A DNA stretch of 64,000 bases. Source: Pseudovirgaria hyperparasitica. Lineage: Eukaryota. This document shows, in pieces, positions 36,197 to 49,030 of the stretch. The stretch lies in NCBI GenBank assembly GCA_010093815.1, contig ML996566.1. One strand, written 5' to 3'. Within the stretch, counting starts at the first letter, position 1; every line of letters begins with the position of its first letter. The translations under genes and the position numbers were made by a program. The notes under the pieces are model-generated. The model was not told the origin of the DNA and made no database searches. It saw only the letters and a program-made list of their open reading frames with translations.

Positions 36197-37691
36197 TTAT
36201 TTCTTAGCTGCTCCGGCCTTTATGAGCAAGATATCTCCGTCCTGAACAACGTAGTCCTTGCCCTTGGTCAAGATCTTGCCCTTCGCCTTGACTGTAGCTT
36301 CATCCCCTTCTTCTTTCAAAACACTATAGTTATATACTATAGCCTGAATGAATGTCTTTTCAAAGTCGCCATGAATCACGCCAGCAGCTTGGGGTGCCTT
36401 CGTACCGTTCCTAATGGTCCATTGTCGTACTTCATCTGCACCAGTGGTGAAGAAGCTTCCTAGGTGCAATGCCTTCCTCATAGTCGTGATGACCTTGGGT
36501 AACGCTGGCGTTGCGCCAATTCTCTCGAGCTCCGCGGTTACTTCAGCTTCGGTCTCAAACTTGCTAAGACGTTTTTCTAGTTCAACAGAGATGGGCAAGA
36601 TCGGGTCGCCGGCGGCATGATCCACTGTCCATTTTTGAATTTCCTTGAGATACTTATTTTTTTTGCGAAGATAGTCCTTCTCGCTCATGTTCAGTAGGTA
36701 GACGACAGGTTTCGCGGATAGGAGGAAGAGAGGATTGATGACCTCAACCTAGAGTACCAATTAACAATCGTCCGGCAGCGCATGCTGACTTGAACAACGT
36801 TTGCAGTGCTTCGTTCAGACAGGGACATCTTTTCATAATAACCTCTTTGCGTTGTATATAATGAGGCATTCAAAGAGCTGGGATTATAGAGCAAATGCTC
36901 TTTGTCATCAGTTGAAAGGAGATTTGGGGCATGAAGAACCAAAGATCAAGTACCTCTTTCGGAGTCCAGTCGCCCTTCCGCACATCCTTGCCATCTTTCA
37001 ACCAAGCAAGGATCTTTTCAACGGTAGCTTCCTCCTCTTTAAGTTTCTTCATCTCCAGACTTTGGCCGCCGCGCCGTGTCTGCTTCTTGAGATTCTCAAG
37101 TGCCTTCTCAGAGAACTCGATGTCTTTGATTCGTAGCTCATCAGCGATAATGTCCAGATCACGAACAGGTTCAACGTCGCCTTGTACGTGTATGATACTT
37201 TTATCGTCGAAGCAACGAACGACCTGAAAGATAGCATCTACAGCGCGTATGTGAGACAAGAATGCATTACCAAGACCTTCTCCGGTGGATGCACCCTTGA
37301 CGAGACCAGCAATATCATAAATGGTAAGGTGGGCAGGAACCCTGGACTTGGGGTTATATTTGTCGCACAGCCAATCGTATCTGTCATCTGGTACTATGAC
37401 ACGGGACTCTTCTGGATCAATGGTGGCATAAGGGTAGTTCTTTGCGCAATTAGCTCAATGGTCAGGACGTTAGGAAGAGTCTGACGAACGTTGGGATTAC
37501 CAAGAGAACATTTTGTGATGGCTTGAAAGAGCGTCGATTTACCAACATTGGCAAGACCCACCTGGGTAGGTGTCAGTTTCGTTACTACAACACAGACTGC
37601 AGTGCCTCCTACATACTAGACCAGTCTTTAGGTTGTTGCCAGGTCGTCCGAGAAGAACCTTATCCTCGGCTTGGCGTTTCTTTGGGGGCAT
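36197..37691 (-). CDS. OLA1: Obg-like ATPase 1 / YchF; exons 37691-37617, 37561-37490, 37439-36954, 36748-36197
   Basis: GLANVGKS P-loop, YPYATIDP, DIAGL, NMSE variant of NKxD, and TGS-domain text KAPQAAGVIHGDFEKTFI...DGDI. Confidence 0.96.
36810..36916 (-). ncRNA. Intronic box C/D snoRNA, snR69-like, with a second snR38-like guide
   Basis: Lies in the 205-nt OLA1 intron 3. C box TGATGA at 36910-36905; guide TATAATCCCAGCTCT then D' TTGA at 36873-36870; C'-like TGAAAA; guide GATGTCCCTGT then D box CTGA at 36818-36815. Both guides are complementary to conserved LSU rRNA segments. Confidence 0.8.
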
Positions 37692-38214
37692 TTTCCTTTT
37701 GGTATAGAATCGGATGATAAGCGGGGTGATGGAGAAGGTACAAATATGAGTCCTCAAATAAGGAAGCTGAGGAGTAGATGCAGACCTTGCTGCTATATGA
37801 AAAAAGCTGGGTATCTGAGAAAAGAAGATAGGATTAGAAACAATTGAAGCCGTCGTGGCGACTGGGGCTCGAGGAATAACTCGAGCGCAATGTCAGGTTG
37901 TGGTCTGCAGCTGTTGACACAGCTGCAGTTTTTCATCTGGTGTGCTGTGTGTAAGATGGATTTTCATTTAAGGAGCAGTGACCCTCCCTCGGCCTCTCAT
38001 CGGGTTGCAGCGCGCCACAACAAGTGAGGCTGAAGGTCCCTTGTTGCCTTCTACAAGGAAGCACATTACGTCAAGGAAGATTGGCCTTCCATTGCTCGGG
38101 ATGGTGTTTGTCGCGTGTCTACACTATTGTTCTTCTACACCATAAGGAGAAATATTCGATCAGCGACGCCATAGGTGCATACTTGCAATCTCAAGTCAAT
38201 ACATACTCGCTAGC

Positions 38215-39056
38215 ATGTCCTCATCCAGCTCGCTACCTTCATCTGGCATAACGAAAACTCCCAAGAGGACCTCGACACATCGTCCAACACGATCAGCACA
38301 GCGAACAGAAGTCAAGATAAACGTATACGACCTGCTACCCGTCAGTGATCTTGCAGCGTGTTCTACAAGTAAATGCTAAAACGTTGTAGCCAGGTAGACT
38401 CTCCTCCTTCTTATGGACAATAGGTGGCTCCCTACTCCATTCTGGCGTTGTCATCAATGGCAGGGAGTACGCGTACGGAGGTCATGACAAACAAGGCTTG
38501 ACAGGAGTTTATTGGACTCGGTACGACTGTTTGGGTTCTGTATAAACGCACACACTGATACGCACTGGAAAGACCGAAGTCAGAGCCCCCAGGCGGCACA
38601 TTCCGCTGTGAGCTTCTTCAAGGATTCTCATTCCTCGCCGATAACGAGCTCGATATCATCATCCAGGAAGCGTCCCAAAAATTTCAGGGTACTTCTTACA
38701 ACCTCCTCACAAACAATTGTAACCACTTCACGTCATATCTTTGCCAGGCTCTTACGTCTCGACCTGCGCCCTCATGGCTCAATAGAGCGGCAAGCATTGG
38801 TGTAGCATTACCATGCGTGGTGCCTAAAGAGTGGATCGCGCCGCCTGATCACGAGACTGCAGAAGGCGAGCTGCTAGACGAGGAAGACGACGAAAGCGCG
38901 GCTATGCTTCGGAGACACAGGGCAGATGTAGAACATCATGCTTACGATGATATCTCTCGACATCGTGGGAGCATAGATCGTATGGAAAGCAGAAATGAGG
39001 GACTCGACACGAGTGGACGACCCATGCCACCGGCCGAGCGGGCTCCTCGGAGATGA
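38215..39056 (+). CDS. PPPDE/DeSI (DUF862) deubiquitinating/deSUMOylating peptidase; exons 38215-38340, 38390-38520, 38573-39056
   Basis: INVYDLLP, LLHSGVVI (catalytic His), EYAYGGH and YNLLTNNCNHF (catalytic Cys). Confidence 0.92.
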
Positions 39057-39319
39057 GGTTCGTAGATATTAAACATTGAGCGATGGGAAGATTCGAGGCG
39101 TATGGAGTTATTTTGAAGTCGGTCAATCCGCTTTGTAATCTATGTTGACTGGCCGCGGCTCCTTCAGTATTAGGGAGCTGCAAACACCTTCATTAAAACG
39201 CCCTCGAGTGGCTTCTATGTTATGTACATGAGCTTTCGAGCTCGTGATAATGTAAAGTACACGCGTCAGTAGCATACGTCGACAATGGCATGGCGCACCG
39301 AAAGATGCTCGTAAAGGAC

Positions 39320-40063
39320 TCAGCCCAGCCTCCTTGGCTTTGAACCTCTTGGACCTCCATGGGCAATAGGTGTGACATCAGTCACTTTCCTGACCTTATT
39401 CCTTATAACCATACCTTCTGTTCCCACTATCGCCTTCGTGGCTCCCTCTCGACCTTGACCAAATCCTCTGAAGGATAGATGGACTTGTTTCATATTCTCA
39501 CGGAGCGAATTATTCCCTGCAATCTTGTTCAATACGAACGCAGCCAGCTGGTATCCTGCGTCGAACGTTTTCCGACCAGACTTCCTAAATCCCAAGTTGC
39601 CGGTGCTCACATTGATGATCGCTTCGTGCTTCGGATCCGTCAAAGTAATGTGCGTGTTGTGTTTATGGCTATAGATGTGCAGACAGTGAGCAGGCTGCTC
39701 GCCAACCAGGCTCTGGGTAACGTCCATCCCTCTTAACATGCCCAGTAATTCATTTTGTCTTTTCTGGTGACCTTCAGGATCTGTGTTGCGAATAGTTTCA
39801 TTTTCACGAAGCTGTTTAGCCAAGGTGTCTTGACGAGCTCCCTCCGACAGATAATTGTCCACTAGATCTACTCCTCCTTTCCGCGGAGGGTCTTTGCGAG
39901 ACTGTTCACTAATAAGATCATCGAATTTATTATCTCTGCCTCTGCCCTCGATTGAACCGGTTGCCGTCGTAGAGAATGATTGGAGTGGTAGAAGTGGCCT
40001 CGTGCGACATGAAGAGATCGAGGAGAGGATAGTTCGCGTTATTGGAGTCCGGAGGGCGCTCAT
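39320..40063 (-). CDS. Mitochondrial ribosomal protein uS11m (yeast Mrps18-like)
   Basis: S11 motifs HKHNTHITLT, STGNLGFRK, FRGFGQGRE and DVTPIAHGGPRGSKPRR. Arg/Ser-rich presequence. Confidence 0.92.
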   Translation of the reverse strand: MSALRTPITRTILSSISSCRTRPLLPLQSFSTTATGSIEGRGRDNKFDDLISEQSRKDPPRKGGVDLVDNYLSEGARQDTLAKQLRENETIRNTDPEGHQKRQNELLGMLRGMDVTQSLVGEQPAHCLHIYSHKHNTHITLTDPKHEAIINVSTGNLGFRKSGRKTFDAGYQLAAFVLNKIAGNNSLRENMKQVHLSFRGFGQGREGATKAIVGTEGMVIRNKVRKVTDVTPIAHGGPRGSKPRRLG

Positions 40064-40346
40064 TGCGCTGTAGACGATGAATGAATACCGAAGCGTAGAG
40101 TATGCCGTAAGCACCAAGTGAGGTCAAGAATATTTCCAGGTAAAGACAATAAGACGTATTTGCGCGGACTATGTTATTCGTTCTAGTCTTTCGGGCGCAC
40201 GGATCACCAAAGACCAATTTTTAGATCGACAAACGCAAACACCATCACTCGTACGTATACCCTCACATACACTGTGGCTGTTGCACCAAGTTTACATATC
40301 AGCTGTAGGTAGACCACTACTATCATCATTAATTTTCGAAAGGAGC

Positions 40347-42048
40347 ATGCGAAACTTCTCCATGGGCCTTGCGCCGCCTCACCTCGCAAGTGGCGCGTCT
40401 CGAGCTCCGTCCTCCTTTCTTCGCAATGCCATTATTCACAGGAGATATTCCGTGACTGCTATACCAATTCGACCTACCGACCGACTTAGAGGGTTAACGA
40501 CCAAAACCCCCTCATCTAGCCTTAGATTTCTCAAGCCACTCGCTCTTTCCTGTCCTCTCTCAATCCAGTCCACATTGTTACCAAATTTCAGATTATATTC
40601 CCGGTCTTCTCGGGACGCCCAGGGACAAACTGACTTACCGAAGAACTCGCCTAGTGAAGGAGATCGCACCGCCAAGGCAGACAACACGGCCAAGGATACT
40701 GCTATTCCCAAGTCACCAGGAGGGGACTTCAAGGCTGAAGGAGAGACAGGGAAAGAAGAAGCCAGAAAAGAGGAAGAAAAATCTGATGATAAGGAGAAGA
40801 AGAAAGAAGAGCCTCCACCACCTCCGCCTCATGGTGATAAGACGCCATGGCAAGTGTTCACTGAGACGCTGCGATCTGAATTCAAGGCGTCTAAAGAGTG
40901 GAACGAGTCCACCAAAGCTTTACAGTCCGGTATGGACGACTTTACTGCGAATCCTAATGTCCAGAAAGCGCGGACTGCATACACACAGAGTAAAGACGCA
41001 GCTTCTACAGCGACTTCAGCGGCGTTCAGCAAGACAGGCAAGGTGCTGGGACACGGTGCTGCTTGGACGTGGGATACAACAGTTATCAAAGGTGTTAGAC
41101 AGGGAGTGAATGCTGCTGGACGGGGAATTGAAAAGGCCACGCGACCTGTTCGGGAAACAGAGGCTTTCAAAAGCGTCAAGAATACGTTAGACGATGGAAG
41201 CTCGTCGCGCTATGGTGGATGGACGGAGAAAGAAGAGCGTAGAAAAAGACGAGAGCTACGGGAACTCAACGAGCTCCAAAGGACTGGCGGACGCCGGTTG
41301 GAGAAGATGGAAGAAGACGCTGAGTAAGTGCACCATTCTCATGTGCTTGAATCTTTCTAACAGATGTTGCAGAGCAGGCACAAATGTGACGCTCCACAAA
41401 GATGCTAAATGGAATGCGAAATGGAGCGAGTTTAAAGACTCCAGTCGTGTTATGCAAGGCTTTTTCTCTATGAAGTCGGCCTACAATGAATCAGAAAACC
41501 CATTTGTTGCAACTGCGCGAGGAATTTCTGATCGCATCGCTGGATTTTTCGCCGAGAACGAAACTGCTCAGGTTATCAAGAAGTTTCGCGAGATGGATCC
41601 GAACTTCAAAATGGAGCCTTTCCTCACAGAAATGCGAGAGTACATATTGCCAGAGGTTCTGGATGCATATGTCAAAGGTGATATCGAGACTCTAAAGCTA
41701 TGGCTCTCTGCAGCCCAGTATCAGGTGTATGCTGCACTCATGCAGCAGTATACCACTGCAGGACTCAAGTCTGACGGCCGAATTCTGGATATAAGGAACG
41801 TAGATGTACTGTCATCACGGATGGTCGACCCAGGCGACGTTCCTGTATTTATCGTCACCTGCCGGACTCAGGAAGTGCACGTTTACAAGAATGCGAAATC
41901 CGGAGACTTGGCGGCTGGACAAGACGACCGTGTCCAACAAGTCACATATGTTATCGGCATGACGCGGTTACCTGACGAGGTTAGTAACCCGGAGACGAGA
42001 GGATGGCGAATGATTGAGCTGCATAAAAGTGCACGGGACTATCTATGA
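40347..42048 (+). CDS. TIM44: Mitochondrial import inner-membrane translocase subunit Tim44; exons 40347-41323, 41373-42048
   Basis: Presequence, TPWQVF, FFAENETAQV, YILPEVLDAYVKGD and CRTQEVH...GWRMIEL. Confidence 0.95.
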
Positions 42049-43165
42049 ACTCCTACGTCAACTTCAAATTGTACTACTACCACTGAGGAGCTACCACAGG
42101 CCTAAATGGTCTGGCCCGGCGCGGTTTGTCTTGTGTGTGGGCCGTTCGATGTGCATAAATACTTGGCGTCTTTCTCAAAAGCAAGGCATTTCACAGCGTT
42201 TTCTTGTACTCATATGCCGCCCGCTCGATAATTGTGTTGTACATGGGAGTAGTAAGGCTTCTTAGTATCTTCTTGTATCCTACCTTCTTGCTCAGAGGGT
42301 ATCATTACGTTCCCCACTCATGTCTGTACATATACCACCAAAAGACCAACGCTGCAGGGGCTGGGGTGATGAAGAGCTTCTACGCAGGATTTAATATAAG
42401 CCAGTCATTGAATCATTGATCCATCACTTTGCTTATATCTAGAGTGAAGGCTCGATAACAAGCTCTATCATTCCGTGGTTGTATCTACACAGTATACATT
42501 TTTGTATACTTCGTGGCCAGTCCGTAGACAGCCAATATGGAGATAGCTCGATGTCGTTTCCTCCGAGATTATGCAAAATTTATAGATCATCGACGTCTAT
42601 TCGGGATAAGCTACCAGTGGTTTACAGTCGGGAGGGCACAACGTCTCTCATAGCGTCAATTAATACACCCGGCAGAGCGAGCACTCTACGCTAATGAATG
42701 AATATCAATTCTTGGCAAGCCTAAGAAAGTACTGGGTCATTCTGGAGCACTATGCAGATTATCCCGGTACTGTCGAGCGAAACGGCAATCAAATCACAAA
42801 ACACTTATAGCACCCGACTTTAGTTGTCTCCGAAACGCTTTGCTAGTGACCTATGCTAAATGAGGATTTATGTATATCACTATCACGAAAATGGTCATTG
42901 GAGAAAGCTGACGTTGCGTAGACCGTCGGTGTCGCCGAGTAGTGGGAGTGTAAGCGATTCTCATCATCATGGAACCTCTAGAGACGTCGTCACATTGACG
43001 GAGGTCGATAATAATCGGGCCCGCTCCGCAGGCTAAGTCCGCTCCGCTCTTGAGTAGGCAGGACAGGGCTAGCTGGAGAAATGGCCCGAGCTTTCCAAAA
43101 TTTGGTCGAAACTAAGAGTCGTACTGTTTAAGCACTGTCGCGTCCGTCAACACCACTGAACCATT

Positions 43166-44671
43166 ATGGCTGAGAGGGAGGCTGCCTCGCCCAAATACGA
43201 GGCGCCAGTGGCGAAGCCTGCTGCTTCTACAGCGGTAGAAGCACCTAAAGGCAATCCAGTCTTTCGTATGATGGGTCTGTCAAGCTAACTGCCCAGCGCG
43301 TCAGCCGTACTAATGAGGACAATAGGGTTGCCAAACATAAAAATGAAAATTCCCTCGCGGAATTGGTTGATATTTTGGACAATAGTGGGCTCTTGGACTG
43401 GGGCAGTCGTATACGACCGCCAACAAAAGAAGCGCATACAGCGGAAATGGTGCAATGTGGTTGCAGACCTCGCAAAACAACCTCTACCACCTACCGGCCT
43501 TCCCCGGAAGTTATCCATATTTCTCGCAGCGCCGCCCGCTGATGGACTTATACCGGCTCGAGATCATTTCAACGAGTTCATAAAGCCAATACTCAATGCC
43601 GCAGCTCTTGATTGGGATGCGGTGGAAGGTAGAAGAGAAGGAGATATCCGAGCCGGCCTCGCAGAGCGTATCAGGAAGCTAAGAAAGCAGAAAGGAGAAT
43701 ACACCAATGAACCTCTTATGGATGACGATCTTGCAGCGTTGCTAGACGCGATCAGGGAAAGAGGCGGCGTCACCCGCCATGAAGCAGTTGAGGGTGACAT
43801 CGTGATCGGTCGACATGCGTGGAAAGAGTATATCAGGGGATTGCATGAGGGTTGGCTGGGACCCATAGACCCACCATCGTCACCGCCAGAGCCCACCATT
43901 GAGACCGTAGTCACATCGTCAACAGAAACTTCAGATGAGGCTCCTACAACAGCAGCCAACGCTGATGAAACACACACAGGAAGCCCGCTATCCAACTTAC
44001 CAGCGGAAGAGGCGAAGTCTTCGCCAGATGAGGCTAAGGAGAAGGAGGAGGAAGCACAGAAGAAGGAAGAGGAGCTGAAATCCAAGAAGAAGAAGCAACC
44101 ACCACCGACCAACCAAACCAGCGATTATCCCACGTCGCATTTGTCACCCGTATGTCCTAACGAATTTCAACCATCAGTCGCCATTCAATTGCCACATCTA
44201 CTCGGCTTCCTCAATACGCCTATTCGAATGTGGCGCTTTCTGAACAAAAGAGCCGTAGCAGACGATGTTGGTCGACAAGCTGCCGCTGCAGTGTTTGCCG
44301 TCTACCGTCCGTATGAGTCGCCATCTCACACGCAGCATTTTTCAGGGGCCTCAGCAAGCTCAAACCCTCCACACCAAACGAACGAAGTAGAGTCTGGCAG
44401 CTGGGAACAGGCAGTCCTTCTAAAGCGAGAAGAAGCCGACTGGCACAAGTCGGTAAGACAAGAGGCTAAAGAGGATCCTGAGTTTAATAAAGAAGGTCGA
44501 GAAAGGATATGGACAAGACCGATGGTGCTTGACGAGCGTATTGCTGATCGCATGAGAAAGTTTGAGCTCAACGAAGAGCTCGAACGAAGAGCAAGAGAGG
44601 TTGAGAAAAACCTTAGACCATGGTACTTCTTTGGCTTCGCTGAGAAGAAGCCCGACGAGACGGAAGAGTAG
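43166..44671 (+). CDS. TIM54: TIM22 complex subunit Tim54; exons 43166-43274, 43326-44671
   Basis: NPVFRMMGLP, PSRNWLIFW, IVIGRHAWKEYIRGLHEGWLGP and LGFLNTPIRMWRFL. Confidence 0.93.
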
Positions 44672-44802
44672 GCCTCGACAGTGGCTACTTGTACTATACT
44701 TGTTGATACTGGTGGGCGTGCTTGTACGCAGTAGACGTCCATAGACCATTTTGAGATTCATGTAAACAATATTGGCACCCGATGCCCCCGGATCTAATCA
44801 GC

Positions 44803-45919
44803 CTATACACACCTCCTTGTAACAGTCCTGAGCACCAATTCCTGCACCACCCAAGCCAACTGTCTCCCATCTCCCCAAAGCCCATCATGCTCCCCTTCCA
44901 TAGGCCAACTCACAACCTCTCTCCCCACCCACTCTCCCACATGCCTTCTCTTTCCCTCCGTATGCGCAATCTTCTTACTTCCACTCCCCTCCTTCCGCGC
45001 CCACTGCTCGCGCGCGAGCTTCTCAACAAATTCCTCACTCTGCGCATCCTCCACCAACCCATCCTCTCGACTCCACCCTACAAGTACCACCTTACCCTCT
45101 TCCCATCCATACATCCCCTGCATCGGACTCGCCTCCAGCCACTCCCTCTCATCCCGCCCAAACGCACCTTCCACAATATCCCGATACACAGGCGAATCAG
45201 CATGCCTGGCCACAAACGCGCCTAGGTCGAAAATCCCCGCCAACAATCCCAAGGCAATTGGGTGCACACGGTCTTGCTGGCGAGCCCGGTCAAGTCCAAG
45301 GCCAGAAACATATTGCGCCGCCAATGTCGCACCGCACGAATGTCCAAGCAGTACGAACTGCACATCTCGGCCTACGCCATACTCGCGCACCAGATGTGCA
45401 ATCGCGTCGCTGACGTCGCGGATGTGTTCTGGATGCTTGACGTCCGGACTCAGGCGGTAATTCAGACTTGCGAAGCCGGCGATGTACGGGCGGATATCCA
45501 CGCCGTCGTCTTCATATGTTCTCCGCTGCGCAGGATCAGGAAGTGAGGGCGCCGGTGGACACGGATTTGGGAGGTCGGGGATAGAGGATGGAGATTTGTA
45601 GAGGTAGTTTAGTAGAGGGAGGATTTCAGTCGATGTTTGGGTTGGGTCTCGCCAGGCGCCGCCGTGAATGAAGCTGTAGCTTGTTAGTCGTGTATATAGC
45701 GAAGTGTGCGGGGGAGAGGGGCAGATCGGTAGTAAGGACGTACAGGACCCATATTGCGGATTTGTCGTGATCAGGAGGGGAGGAATGGGGTAGGAAGATA
45801 TCGAGGGTGTTTAGAGGGGACTTTTGGCTGCCGTAGGGAACATTTGGGAGGTATTGCGGGTACGTGGTGTTGGACGCTGCGGAGGTCTCGGAGGTGCTGG
45901 CCATCGCCGCAGGCTTCAT
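44803..45919 (-). CDS. Kynurenine formamidase (Bna7-like alpha/beta hydrolase); exons 45919-45744, 45673-44803
   Basis: FIHGGAWRDP, LNYRLSP, GHSCG nucleophile elbow and GEHD. Confidence 0.85.
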
Positions 45920-46249
45920 GGAGTAGATTTGGCACCGTGGCTTCGAGCAAGCTTAGTGGTAAGAGTATGTAGGATCAGTTGGAATCTGCGAGCCAATGTT
46001 CTAGTTGTAAGGTTGGAACATGTATACACGGCTTCTGTTTCGGCCCGTGCAAACTTGTAGAGGTGTAGTGGAGCATGGATGTCCGCGGGCCGTGGTGACA
46101 GGCAGTGTTATGCTTGAAAGGAAATGTTTGGTTTCTGGTGAGATCGAGTATGCTACATAGGATTGCCACCAATCGCTCGTGCTTGAGAAGAGTTTTTATG
46201 ATACACGGAGAAGAAGAGGTCTTTGATACTTGCAAACCAAACTTTGCTT

Positions 46250-47588
46250 TTACTTTCGTTGGGTGATTTGGTCGAAAGTACTCAGGACAGAGTCTGTAAC
46301 GTCGTTCCTCCTCTTGCTAGCCTCATCAACCTCTCTTTCAATATCTTCGATGTTTTTTGGTTGACTGGTCGAGCTAGTCAATTTTCCAGCGATGGCTTTG
46401 GCCTGCCCTTCGCTAACTTTGCCATAGACAGCCATGGCAGATGCAATCATGCCACCAATGTCTCCGACATTTCCAGGGACAACGACTGATGTCCCCTCCT
46501 TAGCAAGCCGGCCAAAGGCATCCACATACTTTTCTGCCACACTCAGGCTGATAGCGCCTTGAGCTGCATCTTTACCATCGGCAATGGTCTGTGCGACAGC
46601 AGCAATCCCAGCAGCGGTCGCATGCGCCTTCATTCTTATAGCCTCAGCCTCACCAGTAGCCATATTGATTTGTTCTGACCTCAGAGCTTCGGACGCGAGA
46701 ATGACACTTTGTTTCTTTCCTTCTGCGATGTTGATCGCGCTCTGCCTTTGACCTTCAGATTCTAGGATCTCGGCTCTCTTGCTCCTCTCGGCGGTGACTT
46801 GTCGATGCATAGCCTCCACAACAGGCTCTGGCGCATGTATGTCTCGAATCTCGTAACGCAGACAGACAACACCCCAGTCCTGCGCTGCCTCGTTAATCGC
46901 GACGGTGATTTTGGTGTTGAGCGTGGAGCGCTCTTTCAGGACATGATCAAGAGTAAGTTGCCCTATTTCCGATCGCATCGTAGTTTGCGCCAGCTGCGAG
47001 ATGGCATATTCTGCATCCTCTACACCATAACTGTACTGAAATCAGCTCGAGTATCTCGTCTTATGTAATGAGCTAAGCCCACCTAGCTTTGTATGCGTCG
47101 AACACCCTTGTATACAGTACACCATCCAGCTGAAGCGTGACGTTGTCGGCTGTGATGGCACTCTGGCTCGGAATCTCCAATGCAGCCTCCTTCAAGCTCT
47201 TCACATAGGCTATCTTATCTATTACAGGGACTAGGATAGCTAGACCTGGTTCCAAAATTCTATTAAACTTTCCCATGCGCTCAACTATCCAGGCGGTCTG
47301 TTGCGGCACAAATCTGACGACAGTGTTTGCGGGCAGGGACGCTCGCTGGAAATAGGATGTCGGAGCTCCACGTGAGTTTCCGGGAATGTTGAAGATGCTG
47401 CCGGGAGCAGGGAGGGAGGTGTTGGGCGTGGAGCTGAAAGCGCGGAGGGCAAGACATGCTGGTTGTCGTATTAATGTAAATGTTATTGCGGCAAGGGAAG
47501 GACGGCTCGATGCTGAGAGGGATGTGGCGGAGTGTCGAAGTGCAACCATTGCAGGCGATCTGGCCATGATGAGGCGCGCTGGCGCCAT
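46250..47588 (-). CDS. Stomatin-like protein 2 (SPFH/band 7), mitochondrial; exons 47588-47083, 47030-46250
   Basis: FVPQQTAWIVERMGKF, SAITADNV and AMHRQVTAERSKRAEILESEG. Presequence present. Confidence 0.95.
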
Positions 47589-47846
47589 GGTCGGAGAGAC
47601 AGTTATGAGGTCGCTGTCGCCTATGAAGTGGAAGTGTTGCGTTCTAATTTGTGCCGTGGTGATGAAATACTTTTATACAGACGCGGAGCGACCGGTATGA
47701 AATATTCGCAATGGGATACAGACGCGTACGCCTATGGTACCTGTGAGCAAGCTCCGGCTGACATAATTAGAAACTTTACTACCAGGTGAGGTGCTCGTCA
47801 ACTTGGGAAGTTCAATCCAAGCTCTGCTCAGTATACACGTTGTGCC

Positions 47847-48884
47847 ATGATGTCGCGGCATCACTTCTTTCTCTCATTCCGGTCATTCATACTATTCGAG
47901 CCAGCACTTCGTAGGAGCTGCCAGCAAAGGACCTTCTCCGCCTCCCCCAGAATCCGTTCAGTCGAAGCCTCCAGGCCTGCACCGCAGACTCCCGCTCAGA
48001 AGCAGTTTCCCCATCGTCTTCCAGAAGGCCGTGGCGATGAGGAATTTGAACCGAAAATGCTGGGCCGGCCAATTGGCTTCAAGCATCCTCCTAAGGCTGG
48101 AGATAACTCGGGCAAAGATACCAGGTCTTTGAGCAAGAAGCGAGAAGATTTTGTAGATTACGACAAGCATATTGAAAAGAGGAAGGACTTGTGAGTGTAA
48201 TAAACTGGCACTTTGGTGTGATCTGATGTAAGAGCCAGGCAAGGTCAATTGTTACGACCATACTTTATGGACCATCGCAATATGAAATATCAGCGCGGGA
48301 AAGCGTGGATTGGAAATGCAAGGCTGTTCAAGGCTAAATTCGCATTATACTTTCCGAACTTTCACGGATTTACACTCGAATCGTCTTCCCCTACGGACAC
48401 GACGACGGTTCTCAATGGCAAGGTCTCCATAGTCAGCGTTTACTCCAGCCAATGGGGATCGAACCAGGTTGAAACTTTCGTTGGAAAGAAAGAGAATCCC
48501 GCTGTAGAAGCTGCTCTGGCTGCATATCCGGGCGTGGCGCAACGAGTGGATATCAACGTAGAAGAGAATTGGCTCAAACAGATGCTTCTTTGGTTGTTCA
48601 AGCCAAATTTGCGTAAAGTGACGCCAAAGGACCGACATGGCAAGTACTTCATTGTCACTAAGGGCGTATCAAACGAGATACGAGAGACGATTGGACTGAT
48701 CGCGAACGCAAAAGTCGGCTACGTCTACTTGGTGGACGAGAAGTGCCGTATTCGATGGGCAGCGTGCGCCGATGCCTCAGAGAAGGAAAAACGCACGTTA
48801 TCCGAAGGCGTGCATTGGTTGGTCGATGAGAGGAACAAACCATTAATCAGCTCAGCTACTCAAGCCGATAGCCTTCAATCATGA
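47847..48884 (+). CDS. ATP10: Mitochondrial ATP synthase assembly factor Atp10; exons 47847-48190, 48239-48884
   Basis: LGRPIG, ALYFPNFHG and VGYVYLVDEKCRIRWAA. Confidence 0.92.
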
Positions 48885-49030
48885 TAGTTCCCTACCGATC
48901 GTATGTAAACTATGTATAAAAAGGACTATATATACAACTATACCCAGTTCCACACCGCAATTCAGAACACCGTTCATACTCCAAGCTCCTAAACTCCCAG
49001 AGATGCACTCACATAGACTGTAGCGATATA

